Assembly: GCA_030596225.1 (NCBI GenBank)
Contig: JAUVKO010000001.1
Location: forward strand, 1-30,100
Length of the DNA stretch: 30,100 bases
Source: Fidelibacterota bacterium
GTDB lineage: Bacteria; Fidelibacterota; UBA8477; JABMPR01
Direction of reading: 5' to 3'
Below are positions 9,910 to 18,387 of the stretch, piece after piece; positions within the stretch are counted from its first letter, which is position 1; every line of letters starts with the position of its first letter. Both the position numbers and the translations under genes were made by a program. The notes below the pieces were generated by a model. It saw only the letters and a program-made list of their open reading frames with translations, ran no database searches and was not told where the DNA came from.

Positions 9910-11030
9910 AAAACTTCCATCTCGATAAAGTATTGTTTATTATTGTTATAATTCTTTTTGTTGCCGGGTCTGTAGTTATGTATTCTGCCTCGACCTCCCA
10001 GCACGCAGACTCAGCGCACTATCTAAAGCGCCACCTTATTAATGGCACGATTGCCATCATGCTGGGGATAGCTTTTTCCCGCTTTCCCCATCAATATTTT
10101 CGTCCCCTGCGATATATCATTTTAATTGGGATCTACGCCCTGCTGATCGGTGTTTTGGTCTACAATAAAATGATGGGGATCACCCATCCGGCCCGCTGGC
10201 TATACCTGGGTGGATTCAGTTTTCAAGTCGCTGATTTCGTTCGCTTGGCAATGATCATTTTCATCGCGGATTACCTCCATCGGAAACAGCATCTGTTAAA
10301 TGATTTCAAAAATAGTGTCCTGCCGGTGTTTGTCCTGGCGGCAACAGTTGCGGCGCTTATTGCTATCCAGCCTGATCTCTCCTCCTCCCTGATGATCATG
10401 ATGCTATCACTGGTCCTCTTCTATCTGGGCAATATCCAGATCAGTCATATCTCTGCCTTTCTTTCCGTTGGCTCCATAAGTGCGATGCTCTATGCCTGGA
10501 ACAATCCCTATATGTGGAAACGGATCATGACCTTCATGAGTGACAATGTTGATGTCGCTAATGAAGGATTTCAGGTCCACCATTCCCTCATGGGACTGGC
10601 TCATGGCGGAATTGCCGGTGTCGGTTTGGGTAATAGCTATGTGAAAGATCTCTTTCTCCCTGAACCACACACAGATTTTGTGTTCAGTATTCTTGGTGAA
10701 GAATTTGGATTCATTGGTTCAGCCTTCTTCCTCTTGCTGTTCTTACTTCTCTTCTTGAGAGGACTTAGAATTGCCAGAAACTCGACTGATTTCTTCAGTA
10801 TGCTGCTCGCTATCGGGATCAGTTTTTCCCTGTTCAGTTTTGCCATGGTGAACATTGGAGTGGTAACGGGTTTTCTGCCTACCACAGGCTTGCCTCTGCC
10901 TCTGATTTCCTATGGTGGTTCAAATCTATTAACGACGGCTGTCATGCTGGGCATCCTCTTCAATATTTCATCCAACAACGAATCAGGTAAGATCCTGTCC
11001 TCAGAAAGGATGTTGAATCTTGAGTTATAA
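9897..11030 (+). CDS. ftsW: SEDS-family septal peptidoglycan glycosyltransferase FtsW
   Basis: ARWL, QPDLSS, GFQ, LPEPHTDFVFS, GLPLPLISYGGS motifs. Located between murD and murG. Confidence 0.94.
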   Translation: MVNVKNFHLDKVLFIIVIILFVAGSVVMYSASTSQHADSAHYLKRHLINGTIAIMLGIAFSRFPHQYFRPLRYIILIGIYALLIGVLVYNKMMGITHPARWLYLGGFSFQVADFVRLAMIIFIADYLHRKQHLLNDFKNSVLPVFVLAATVAALIAIQPDLSSSLMIMMLSLVLFYLGNIQISHISAFLSVGSISAMLYAWNNPYMWKRIMTFMSDNVDVANEGFQVHHSLMGLAHGGIAGVGLGNSYVKDLFLPEPHTDFVFSILGEEFGFIGSAFFLLLFLLLFLRGLRIARNSTDFFSMLLAIGISFSLFSFAMVNIGVVTGFLPTTGLPLPLISYGGSNLLTTAVMLGILFNISSNNESGKILSSERMLNLEL

Positions 11031-12171
11031 TTCAATGGATACGACGCTGCGTGTAGCTCTTGCCGGTGGTGGCACCGGTGGGCATATCATTCCCGCTCTT
11101 GCTATTGCTGAGGAACTACAACGCAGTAGCTCTGAGCAGAGCGTGTTCAAAGCTGTTGATGTTCTCTTTTTCGGCAGTGATTATGGAATGGAAACAAAAC
11201 TCATTCCAGAGGCGGGTTTTACACTTGAGACCCTGCCAATCCGCGGACTATCTCGTTCATTGACAATGGCCGGATTAAAGCAAAATCTCCTGCTTCCGGG
11301 ACGTATGATAGCATCAATTATAAAAGCTAATAGAGCCTTACGAGCATTCAATCCTCATATCACTGTGGGGACCGGCGGGTATGCCAGCGCTGTACCGGTT
11401 CGACAATCTCTGCGAAATAATATTCCGGTTGTCCTCCAGGAGCAGAACAGCTATCCGGGTTTGGTTACGCGTCTTTTCGCCGCCAAAGCCCAACAGGTCT
11501 TTCTCACTTATGAAGATGCTAAAAAGCATTTAAAAGGTGCTGATACATTGATGACGGGCAACCCTATTCGCCATTTGGGAAAAACCGCTAACCAAGCTGA
11601 CGCTGCCCATTTCTTTGGATTGAATCCGGAACTGCCCACCCTCTTTATTCTTGGGGGATCACAGGGCGCCAGAGCATTAAATCGGCATTTTGTTAAAAAA
11701 GCTTCGCTATACCTGGAAAAACTGGGCATGCAGATTCTTTGGCAGACAGGCAAAGCTGACTTAGAGTATTGTCAAAAACACGTTGGCAGTAATTCCAAGA
11801 TCAAATTGCTAGCCTTTATCAAAGATATGGACAAAGCGTATTCATTAGCTGATCTAATGGTCTGTCGTGCCGGAGCCATGACCCTTACTGAGATCAATCA
11901 TTTCGGATTACCGGCGATTCTGATTCCTTTGCCCACAGCAGCAGCAAATCATCAGGAGTTCAATGCCCGCAGTCAGGAAAAGGCCGGAGCAGCCCGTGTA
12001 CTCCTTGAGCCTGAACTGGCTGAAGGAGCTTTCCTGCCTTTGATCACTGAAATATTTACAAATCAAGATCGCATCATTGAAATGGCAAAGGCCTCAGCTG
12101 CTATAAGACGACCCAATGCCACTCAAGATATTTGTGACAGCATTATAAGGATTGCCGGTTCCTGTGTTTAA
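11020..12171 (+). CDS. murG: Lipid II GlcNAc transferase MurG (probable true start ATG at 11035)
   Basis: GGGTGGH, GTGGY, EQNSYPG, GNPIR, GGSQGA, RAGAMT, HQEFNA motifs. Confidence 0.97.
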   Translation: MSYNSMDTTLRVALAGGGTGGHIIPALAIAEELQRSSSEQSVFKAVDVLFFGSDYGMETKLIPEAGFTLETLPIRGLSRSLTMAGLKQNLLLPGRMIASIIKANRALRAFNPHITVGTGGYASAVPVRQSLRNNIPVVLQEQNSYPGLVTRLFAAKAQQVFLTYEDAKKHLKGADTLMTGNPIRHLGKTANQADAAHFFGLNPELPTLFILGGSQGARALNRHFVKKASLYLEKLGMQILWQTGKADLEYCQKHVGSNSKIKLLAFIKDMDKAYSLADLMVCRAGAMTLTEINHFGLPAILIPLPTAAANHQEFNARSQEKAGAARVLLEPELAEGAFLPLITEIFTNQDRIIEMAKASAAIRRPNATQDICDSIIRIAGSCV

Positions 12172-13525
12172 GACCGCTAAACATATTCACTTCGTCGGTA
12201 TTGGCGGTATTGGAATGAGCGCCCTGGCCCTTTTGCTCCAGCAACAAGGCAAAACCGTTTCCGGCACTGATCAAATGGATAGCAGCTTGCTTGATACCTT
12301 GAGAAGTGCGGACATTGATATTCATATCGGTCATGCTGCTGAACATGCTGAAAAAGCTGACCTGCTTGTCTATTCCAGTGCTGTAAAACCGGATAATCCT
12401 GAACGAGCTTATGCAGAATCTCACCATATTCCGGAAATTCGCCGCGCTGAATTATTAGGCCAGATTGCCGCAGCCTACAGTCACACTATAGCTGTAGCCG
12501 GAACTCACGGTAAAACGACAACCACAGGTCTGTGCGGACAGATCCTCATCGCTGCAGATCTTGATCCAAGCATCCTGGTTGGTGGAATTCTGCCAAATCT
12601 CAACTCGAATCTGCGTCTGGGAACTCATGATCATATTGTTGTGGAAGCTGATGAGTATGATCGCTCTTTTCTGGCTTTGAGTCCGGATCGAGTCATCGTC
12701 ACCTCCCTGGAAGCGGATCATCTCGATATTTACAAAGATCTTCAGGATGTGCGCGACACCTTCCTTCAATTCATCTCTCAGATGCAGGAAAATGGGATTC
12801 TGGTTTTACAGGGTGATGATGCAGAATTGCTCCGGCTTGCAGAACTAAGTCCCCATCCGGTGATCAGCTACGGTTTATCAGATGGATCTGATTATCGGGC
12901 TGTGAATTTGCAAATGGATGCTTTCAGCAGTCACTTCACAGTCACCGGGAATGGTCTTGATCTTGGAAATATCATCCTGAATATGCCTGGTAAGCATAAT
13001 GTTATGAATGCTTTAGCTGCCTTCGCTCTAACTCACCAAATGGGTATTGATATTCAGCATATCAAGGCTGGTTTGGAAGCCTTTCGCGGAGTTGAGCGGC
13101 GTTTTCAACTGAGAGGGACCCTGAACGGCGTTCATTTCATCGACGATTATGCACATCATCCATCTGAGTTGGAAGCAACCCTGAATGCTGCTCACAGCGG
13201 TTGGCCAAAATCCAGAATTATTGCTGTTTTTCAGCCCCATCTCTATTCAAGAACCCGGGATTTTGCAGCAGAATTCGCTCAGGCCCTACAGCTTGCGGAT
13301 ATTGCCCTGCTCACAGATATCTACCCTGCTCGTGAATTGCCCATTCCTGGGGTTAGCTCCAAACTGATCCTGGAAGCGGGAAACAATGATCTCACCCTCC
13401 TGCCATCCATGGCAGATGTGCATGCATACCTGAAACCACAGTTGCGGGACGGCGATCTGTTGATCACCATGGGTGCCGGAGATATCTGGAAGTTGCATGA
13501 TCTGTTCCTGGAGGGGAGTAACTAG
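12152..13525 (+). CDS. murC: UDP-MurNAc--L-alanine ligase (probable true start GTG at 12164)
   Basis: HFVGIGGIGMS, AGTHGKTTTT, EADEYD, DDYAHHP, FQPHLYSRT, MGAGD motifs. Confidence 0.97.
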   Translation: MPVPVFKTAKHIHFVGIGGIGMSALALLLQQQGKTVSGTDQMDSSLLDTLRSADIDIHIGHAAEHAEKADLLVYSSAVKPDNPERAYAESHHIPEIRRAELLGQIAAAYSHTIAVAGTHGKTTTTGLCGQILIAADLDPSILVGGILPNLNSNLRLGTHDHIVVEADEYDRSFLALSPDRVIVTSLEADHLDIYKDLQDVRDTFLQFISQMQENGILVLQGDDAELLRLAELSPHPVISYGLSDGSDYRAVNLQMDAFSSHFTVTGNGLDLGNIILNMPGKHNVMNALAAFALTHQMGIDIQHIKAGLEAFRGVERRFQLRGTLNGVHFIDDYAHHPSELEATLNAAHSGWPKSRIIAVFQPHLYSRTRDFAAEFAQALQLADIALLTDIYPARELPIPGVSSKLILEAGNNDLTLLPSMADVHAYLKPQLRDGDLLITMGAGDIWKLHDLFLEGSN

Positions 13526-14299
13526 ATGACCAGAACTTCCATCTATAATATTCCACCCTTGAGTTGGGCATTTTCAGCAGTGTTCCTGATCAGCGCAATC
13601 TTGCTGGGCTCGCTAAGCTTGAGTTATGCTGACCTACTGCAAAGTGATAACATTGAGACAATTAATTTATACGGGCAACGGACGATGAGTCCGGAACGAG
13701 TCCAAAATCTTACCGAGATCTATCTGGGAGAATCTTTAAGAAATTTGAACCTGATGGATATTCAGGATAGTTTTCTGAAGTATCCCCTGATACGCAGCGC
13801 CAAGGCCACCCGACGCTTTCCCAGCACTCTGGATATCTATCTTTATGATATCCTCCCGGTTGCCTATATCGCCATCCAAAGCATCATGACTCTTGATGAA
13901 AAAGCAACCCTCCTGCCCCTCCCTGACAAAGGAATGCTTTACAACTTGCCGATCATCACAGGCATCAATCTGGATTTACAGTCAGCAAAGGTTGGTGAAC
14001 CCATTCCTGATGAGACCGTGCAAATGCTGGTAAACTTTCTCAAGTTTATCCGCAAGGAGCATCAAAACATTTATCTGGATATTTCAGAAATATCCTATGA
14101 TCGCCGCGGAATCAAGCTGGTTTCAGCCACCCATGGCACCACCATATATCTGGGGAATGAGGATGAGGCACTCTTAAACAGTCGAATCCTGGCAAATTTT
14201 ATATCTGATGAATCAGATTCTGGAATCATCAGTTCCTATCAGTATATCGACCTGCGATTTGATCGACAGGTCATCGTAAAGGAGCGAAAATCACGATGA
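13526..14299 (+). CDS. ftsQ: Cell division protein FtsQ/DivIB
   Basis: TM helix, POTRA-like segment (ATRRFPSTLDI) and C-terminal YIDLRFDRQVIV. Located before ftsA. Confidence 0.85.
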   Translation: MTRTSIYNIPPLSWAFSAVFLISAILLGSLSLSYADLLQSDNIETINLYGQRTMSPERVQNLTEIYLGESLRNLNLMDIQDSFLKYPLIRSAKATRRFPSTLDIYLYDILPVAYIAIQSIMTLDEKATLLPLPDKGMLYNLPIITGINLDLQSAKVGEPIPDETVQMLVNFLKFIRKEHQNIYLDISEISYDRRGIKLVSATHGTTIYLGNEDEALLNSRILANFISDESDSGIISSYQYIDLRFDRQVIVKERKSR

Positions 14300-15546
14300 A
14301 CAGCCGTGGAATTTACATTGGACTAGATATCGGGACTTCAAAAGTCTGTGCCATCGCAGCTGAACCGGATCATGAGGATGTACTCAAAGTAGTTGGACTG
14401 AGCAGTTCTCCATCCACCGGATTACGTCGTGGTACTATCGTTGATATCGAAGCAACGGCAGGTGCTATCCGTAAAGCTCTGGATGAGATCGAGGTTAGCG
14501 CCGGGATCAAAGCTGATCAAGTGACCGTGGGTATCGCCGGAGAGCATATTTACAGCCTGAATGCCACAGGTGTGATCGGTGTTGCAGACCTTTCCAAGCG
14601 CAGAGGTGAGAAAGAGTTGGAGATCACTGAGGATGATGTGGAACGAGTCATCGAATCCGCCAAAGCAGTGGGTTTGCCTAACGGCCGTCGCATCATTCAC
14701 GTTATCCCCCAGCAATTCACAGTAGATGATGATGGTGGTTTGCGCAATCCGGTGGGTATGACCGGAAGGAGGCTCGAAGCCCGGGTCCATCTGGTCACTT
14801 CAGCAACTGCCAGCACCAAGAATATCATTTCAACGGTGAGACATGCCGGTTGCCAGGTGAAAGATTTCGTTCTGGAACCCATCGCATCTGCTCAATCAGT
14901 GCTAACTGAAGAAGAAAAACAGATCGGTGTTGGTCTCATTGATATCGGAGCAGGAACAACTGATGCCATTGTCATGTCAAAATTTGGTGTGGAACACACA
15001 GTCTCGCTGCCTTATGGCGGCAATCATGTCACTTCTGACATTGCCAGCATTCTGCGCATCACTGAGGAACAGGCCGATGAACTCAAATTAAAATATGGTC
15101 ATTGTTTCACTGAAGAAACCGCTGTGGACAAAGTTTTTGATGTCAAAGGTGTTGGAGGTCGACAGGACCGCAATATTAATGAGTCTGAATTCTCCATGTA
15201 TATCGAAGCCCGCATGGATGAGATCCTGAGGATGGTGAAAGCTAATCTGAAGGAAAATGGCATGCTCAAGCATCTTAACTCCGGCCTGGTGTTCACCGGC
15301 GGAGGCTCAAACATTCCCGGTATCCTGCCACTGGCGAGCCGGGTTTTTGATATGCCCATTCGATTGGGCAACCCCATCGGCTTTACCGATGCAACAGAGA
15401 TGATCGATAGTCCGGAATATGCAACGGCAACCGGTTTGATCGCCTATGCTGCAAAATTTCAGTCTGAAGATACAAAACGATTTGACCAGAGCACCCTGTC
15501 ACAAATATCCAAAAAAGTCACAGACTTTTTTAGAAATAACTTTTAG
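14296..15546 (+). CDS. ftsA: Cell division ATPase FtsA
   Basis: GLDIGTSKV, GLRRG, PVGMTG, LIDIGAGTT, AD-ELK, TGGGS, C-terminal amphipathic helix (KKVTDFFRNNF). Confidence 0.97.
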   Translation: MNSRGIYIGLDIGTSKVCAIAAEPDHEDVLKVVGLSSSPSTGLRRGTIVDIEATAGAIRKALDEIEVSAGIKADQVTVGIAGEHIYSLNATGVIGVADLSKRRGEKELEITEDDVERVIESAKAVGLPNGRRIIHVIPQQFTVDDDGGLRNPVGMTGRRLEARVHLVTSATASTKNIISTVRHAGCQVKDFVLEPIASAQSVLTEEEKQIGVGLIDIGAGTTDAIVMSKFGVEHTVSLPYGGNHVTSDIASILRITEEQADELKLKYGHCFTEETAVDKVFDVKGVGGRQDRNINESEFSMYIEARMDEILRMVKANLKENGMLKHLNSGLVFTGGGSNIPGILPLASRVFDMPIRLGNPIGFTDATEMIDSPEYATATGLIAYAAKFQSEDTKRFDQSTLSQISKKVTDFFRNNF

Positions 15547-15579
15547 AAAGTAAACACATCCAAAACGGAGGATAGAAAC

Positions 15580-16824
15580 ATGTTATTTGAATTTGATAGT
15601 TTAAAAGAGCAGAAGGCCCGGATTCGAGTTATTGGTGTAGGTGGTGCCGGCAGTAACGCTATTGATCGCATGGTCGATTCGGAACTCTCAGGTGTAGAAT
15701 TCATCGCTGTTAACACTGATGCCCAAGCCCTGGATCAAAGCAAGGCTGATGTAAAGATCCAGATCGACAAGACCATCACAAAAGGTCTGGGAGCCGGAGC
15801 AAAAATCCATGTTGGAGAAGCTGCAGCAGAGGAAGATGCACAGGCTATTGCTGCCGCCCTTGACGGTTCTGATCTGGTTTTCATCACTGCCGGTATGGGT
15901 GGTGGTACAGGTACAGGCGCCGCCCCGATTGTGGCACGTATCTCTCAGGAAATTGGTGCCTTGACCATCGGTATCGTGACCACTCCTTTCCGCTTTGAAG
16001 GTCCACCAAGAGCCAGACGTGGCAAAGAAGGTGTGGAAAAACTCAGGGATCACCTGGATACACTGATCATTATCCCCAACCAGCGTTTGCTCTCCATCGT
16101 TGACAAAAGCACCAGCATGGTTGATGCGTTTCTGGAAGCGGATTCAGTGCTTCATCAGGCAACCAGAGGTATTTCAGACCTGATCAATGTTCATGGGCTG
16201 ATCAATCTGGACTATGCAGACGTTAAAACCGTCATGGAAGGCATGGGTGATGCCATTATGGGTACAGGTATAGCTTCCGGCGAGGAACGCGCTGTATTAG
16301 CCGCTCAGACCGCTATTTCTTCACCTTTACTGGATGACACCAATATTCAGGGAGCACAGGGTCTCTTGATCAACATCACCGGTGGCCCCGACATGACGCT
16401 GGCAGAGGTTGATGAAGCATCCAACCTTATTTTTGAAGAAGTCGGCGAACAAGCCAATATCATTCTTGGTGCTGTCATAAATGAAAATATGGGTGATGAG
16501 ATCCGGGTAACGGTGATCGCCACCGGTTTTCACCATGACAATGACCTGCGTTTTGATCGGAATGAGACACAGCCGGCACGTGCGTATCGTCCAACAATGC
16601 CCATTGCTGAGGCAAAACCATTGGACGAGATCAAGATCGATGTACCTGTCAGCAATTTTGCTGAACCTGTTGTTGAAGCCCGTATGGATAGCTTCAATGA
16701 GCCGGCCCGTTTGGAAACGCCCACTTTCGAACGCCAGCAGCAGGAGGAAGATGTTATCATGCATTTCAGCGATGATCTTTCTGTCCCGGCCTATATCCGT
16801 CGTCAGGACGGCATGAAACTGTAG
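15580..16824 (+). CDS. ftsZ: Cell division GTPase FtsZ
   Basis: GVGGAG, NTDAQAL, GMGGGTGTG tubulin signature, INLDYADV, C-terminal DDLSVPAYIRR peptide. RBS AAACGGAGG at 15563-15571. Confidence 0.98.
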   Translation: MLFEFDSLKEQKARIRVIGVGGAGSNAIDRMVDSELSGVEFIAVNTDAQALDQSKADVKIQIDKTITKGLGAGAKIHVGEAAAEEDAQAIAAALDGSDLVFITAGMGGGTGTGAAPIVARISQEIGALTIGIVTTPFRFEGPPRARRGKEGVEKLRDHLDTLIIIPNQRLLSIVDKSTSMVDAFLEADSVLHQATRGISDLINVHGLINLDYADVKTVMEGMGDAIMGTGIASGEERAVLAAQTAISSPLLDDTNIQGAQGLLINITGGPDMTLAEVDEASNLIFEEVGEQANIILGAVINENMGDEIRVTVIATGFHHDNDLRFDRNETQPARAYRPTMPIAEAKPLDEIKIDVPVSNFAEPVVEARMDSFNEPARLETPTFERQQQEEDVIMHFSDDLSVPAYIRRQDGMKL

Positions 16825-16892
16825 TACACCAGAGTGTCATAAGTGGCACAAAACCCGTATAAGCACGGGTAGCACAACCTCCGTTTCACACG

Positions 16893-16921
16893 AGCCCTGT
16901 TCCCTTGGGAGCAGGGCTTTA
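16893..16921 (+). terminator. Intrinsic terminator of dcw operon
   Basis: AGCCCTGTTCCC-TT-GGGAGCAGGGCT hairpin followed by TT and an AT-rich run. Confidence 0.75.
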
Positions 16922-16940
16922 TCATTGCTAGCCTATTTTA

Positions 16941-17099
16941 TACCAATTACACCTCAAAACAGTCTCTGCATTCTTCATCTTTTCCAGTTTTACTGCTCTT
17001 AAAATTCCAACCATAGCTCAAGCTATGCTTAAAATTTAAAGATTGTAAAACAGAAAAATCTTTTGAATTCATATTGACTCTTTTGAAGTACAATTGGTA
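16941..17099 (+). mobile_element. 159-bp MITE-like element
   Basis: 19-bp imperfect terminal inverted repeats: TACCAATTACACCTCAAAA versus the reverse complement of 17081-17099, 16/19 match. TTA direct repeats on both sides (16938-16940, 17100-17102). No ORF. A second partial copy at 553-661. Confidence 0.75.
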
Positions 17100-17140
17100 T
17101 TACCCTCTGATCACGTAATATTGGAATGATGTTTCCGAAA

Positions 17141-17172
17141 AAAAAGGCGAGGATTTGAATCCTCGCCTTTTT
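17141..17172. terminator. Bidirectional intrinsic terminator
   Basis: AAAAAGGCGAGGATT-TG-AATCCTCGCCTTTTT: perfect stem with A and T tails, between convergent transcription units. Confidence 0.85.
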
Positions 17173-17300
17173 AAATGAACTTCTAACCCGATAAGCCTGT
17201 CGGGGCACTAGCCCAGCCGTTCAGATTAAGAAAGACAAGGCCGTTAACGGCCTTACAGCTTTTTGGCAAGTACTTTTATCCACAGCCCTGAAGGACTGGG

Positions 17301-17328
17301 CCTGCCTATGCCGAAGTGCTACGTAGGC
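17301..17328. repeat. REP-like imperfect palindrome
   Basis: GCCTA...CGAAG-tgcta-CGTAGGC, same bulged motif family as 375-407. Confidence 0.45.
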
Positions 17329-17451
17329 TGTACGGCTTCGCACGCCAGGGAAATACCTGGCCATTTGACGTATATAAGGGTTTGTGGGGTGTCAGAGACA
17401 TAAAAGTACCATGCTGAAAAAGTTTGATTAGGGTCTTATTCAACCACCTCG

Positions 17452-17862
17452 TTAAATGCTCATCTTATCAAGGAAATCTCTAGCTGTAATTATTTTAATT
17501 CCCTCAACTTCCTTAATTTCTAACAGATCACTGTCTCCACTAACTATGTACAAAGCTCTACCACTTAACGCACAATTGATAAATTTATCATCATCTGGAT
17601 CGCTAGAAATCTTCCGCGTATGTGTCGGATGGATTACCATACTATCCCGGGTTAACATATTCATAAACTTTTGCACTAATGAATCGTCAGCAGATTTGGA
17701 TTTCTTTTCAAAACGATATAATACATCTTCATACTCTTCAAGTATTTCAGCACTACATACCAACTCGAAATCTTTCGCTCTCCATAGTTCCAAAATTTTT
17801 CGCGGTAGTCCTCCGAAGAAAATCCCAGATATCAGGACATTAGTATCAACGACGACTCGCAC
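17452..17862 (-). CDS. PIN-domain (VapC-like) toxin
   Basis: MRVVVDTNVLISG, ILEEY, DPDDDKFINCAL, IVSGDSDLL: PIN acidic catalytic motifs. Overlaps the upstream antitoxin by 17 bp. Confidence 0.92.
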   Translation of the reverse strand: MRVVVDTNVLISGIFFGGLPRKILELWRAKDFELVCSAEILEEYEDVLYRFEKKSKSADDSLVQKFMNMLTRDSMVIHPTHTRKISSDPDDDKFINCALSGRALYIVSGDSDLLEIKEVEGIKIITARDFLDKMSI

Positions 17863-18121
17863 GTGATTTCCTGGATGCTTTTATTGCTTCAGAAATATCA
17901 GATTCATTCAGATTTAATTCATTTCGAATCTGCTCTGCGAGTTTAATAATATCTTTAAATTCATCGTCACGGGGTTTAGCAATAGGCTTTAGTAGAATAT
18001 TATCCCCATCCTGTACTACGATCAACTTTGAGCCACCCTGAATATGTAGCTTCTTTCTCATTTTTGCCGGTATGACAACCTGCCCTTTTGTAGACATGCT
18101 TGTAATTTCTATAACACTCAT
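17846..18121 (-). CDS. AbrB/MazE/SpoVT-family antitoxin (start re-called at 18121 rather than 18190)
   Basis: SMSTKGQVVIPAKMRKKLHIQGGSKL is an AbrB-type swapped-hairpin motif. AGGAGGTG RBS at 18126-18133. Confidence 0.9.
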   Translation of the reverse strand: MSVIEITSMSTKGQVVIPAKMRKKLHIQGGSKLIVVQDGDNILLKPIAKPRDDEFKDIIKLAEQIRNELNLNESDISEAIKASRKSRASRR

Positions 18122-18139
18122 GTTGCACCTCCTGAACAG

Positions 18140-18168
18140 AAGGTAAGATTTTCTTACATTGAAGTCAA
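18140..18168 (-). promoter_or_regulatory. TA operon promoter with palindromic operator
   Basis: TTGACT (18168-18163), 17 bp, TACCTT (18145-18140). The perfect palindrome GTAAGA-TTT-TCTTAC (18143-18157) overlaps the spacer and -10. Confidence 0.65.
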
Positions 18169-18387
18169 GTAAACAAGCTGCTCCCTCCAACCCTATACTT
18201 GATCGGAACTACCTCAGGTATAGTCCTTCATGAATCATATACGTTAAAAAATGTAAGTTTTGCGACTTTGATTTAGAGACAGGTTTGTACGACTTAGCAA
18301 TAAATTCCTGACATTTTCCATTTCAAAGTTTGGTTTTGAAAGTACTGGTATTTGGTTTTTGTTAATCACTAACTGAACAGGGTTGTC

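Noticed and set aside
2169-16816. Numerous short ORFs overlapping dcw genes (e.g. 2373-2852, 6627-6962, 9223-9663, 12455-12769, 14422-14790, 15688-16053, 16327-16764)
   Set aside because: They are antisense or alternate-frame shadows of conserved essential genes with no independent motifs.
17456-17866. 136-aa + strand ORF mirroring the PIN toxin
   Set aside because: It is a near-exact antisense-frame shadow with no recognisable motif or RBS.
18122-18190. N-terminal extension of the antitoxin given in the ORF track
   Set aside because: A strong RBS and promoter place the start at 18121, and the extension would overlap the promoter.
18209-18223. CTA-TAC-CTG-AGG-TAG (LYLR*) on the minus strand, a possible third orphan CTD tail
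   Set aside because: Only YLR* matches, with no hairpin and no upstream CTD gene; too short to distinguish from chance.
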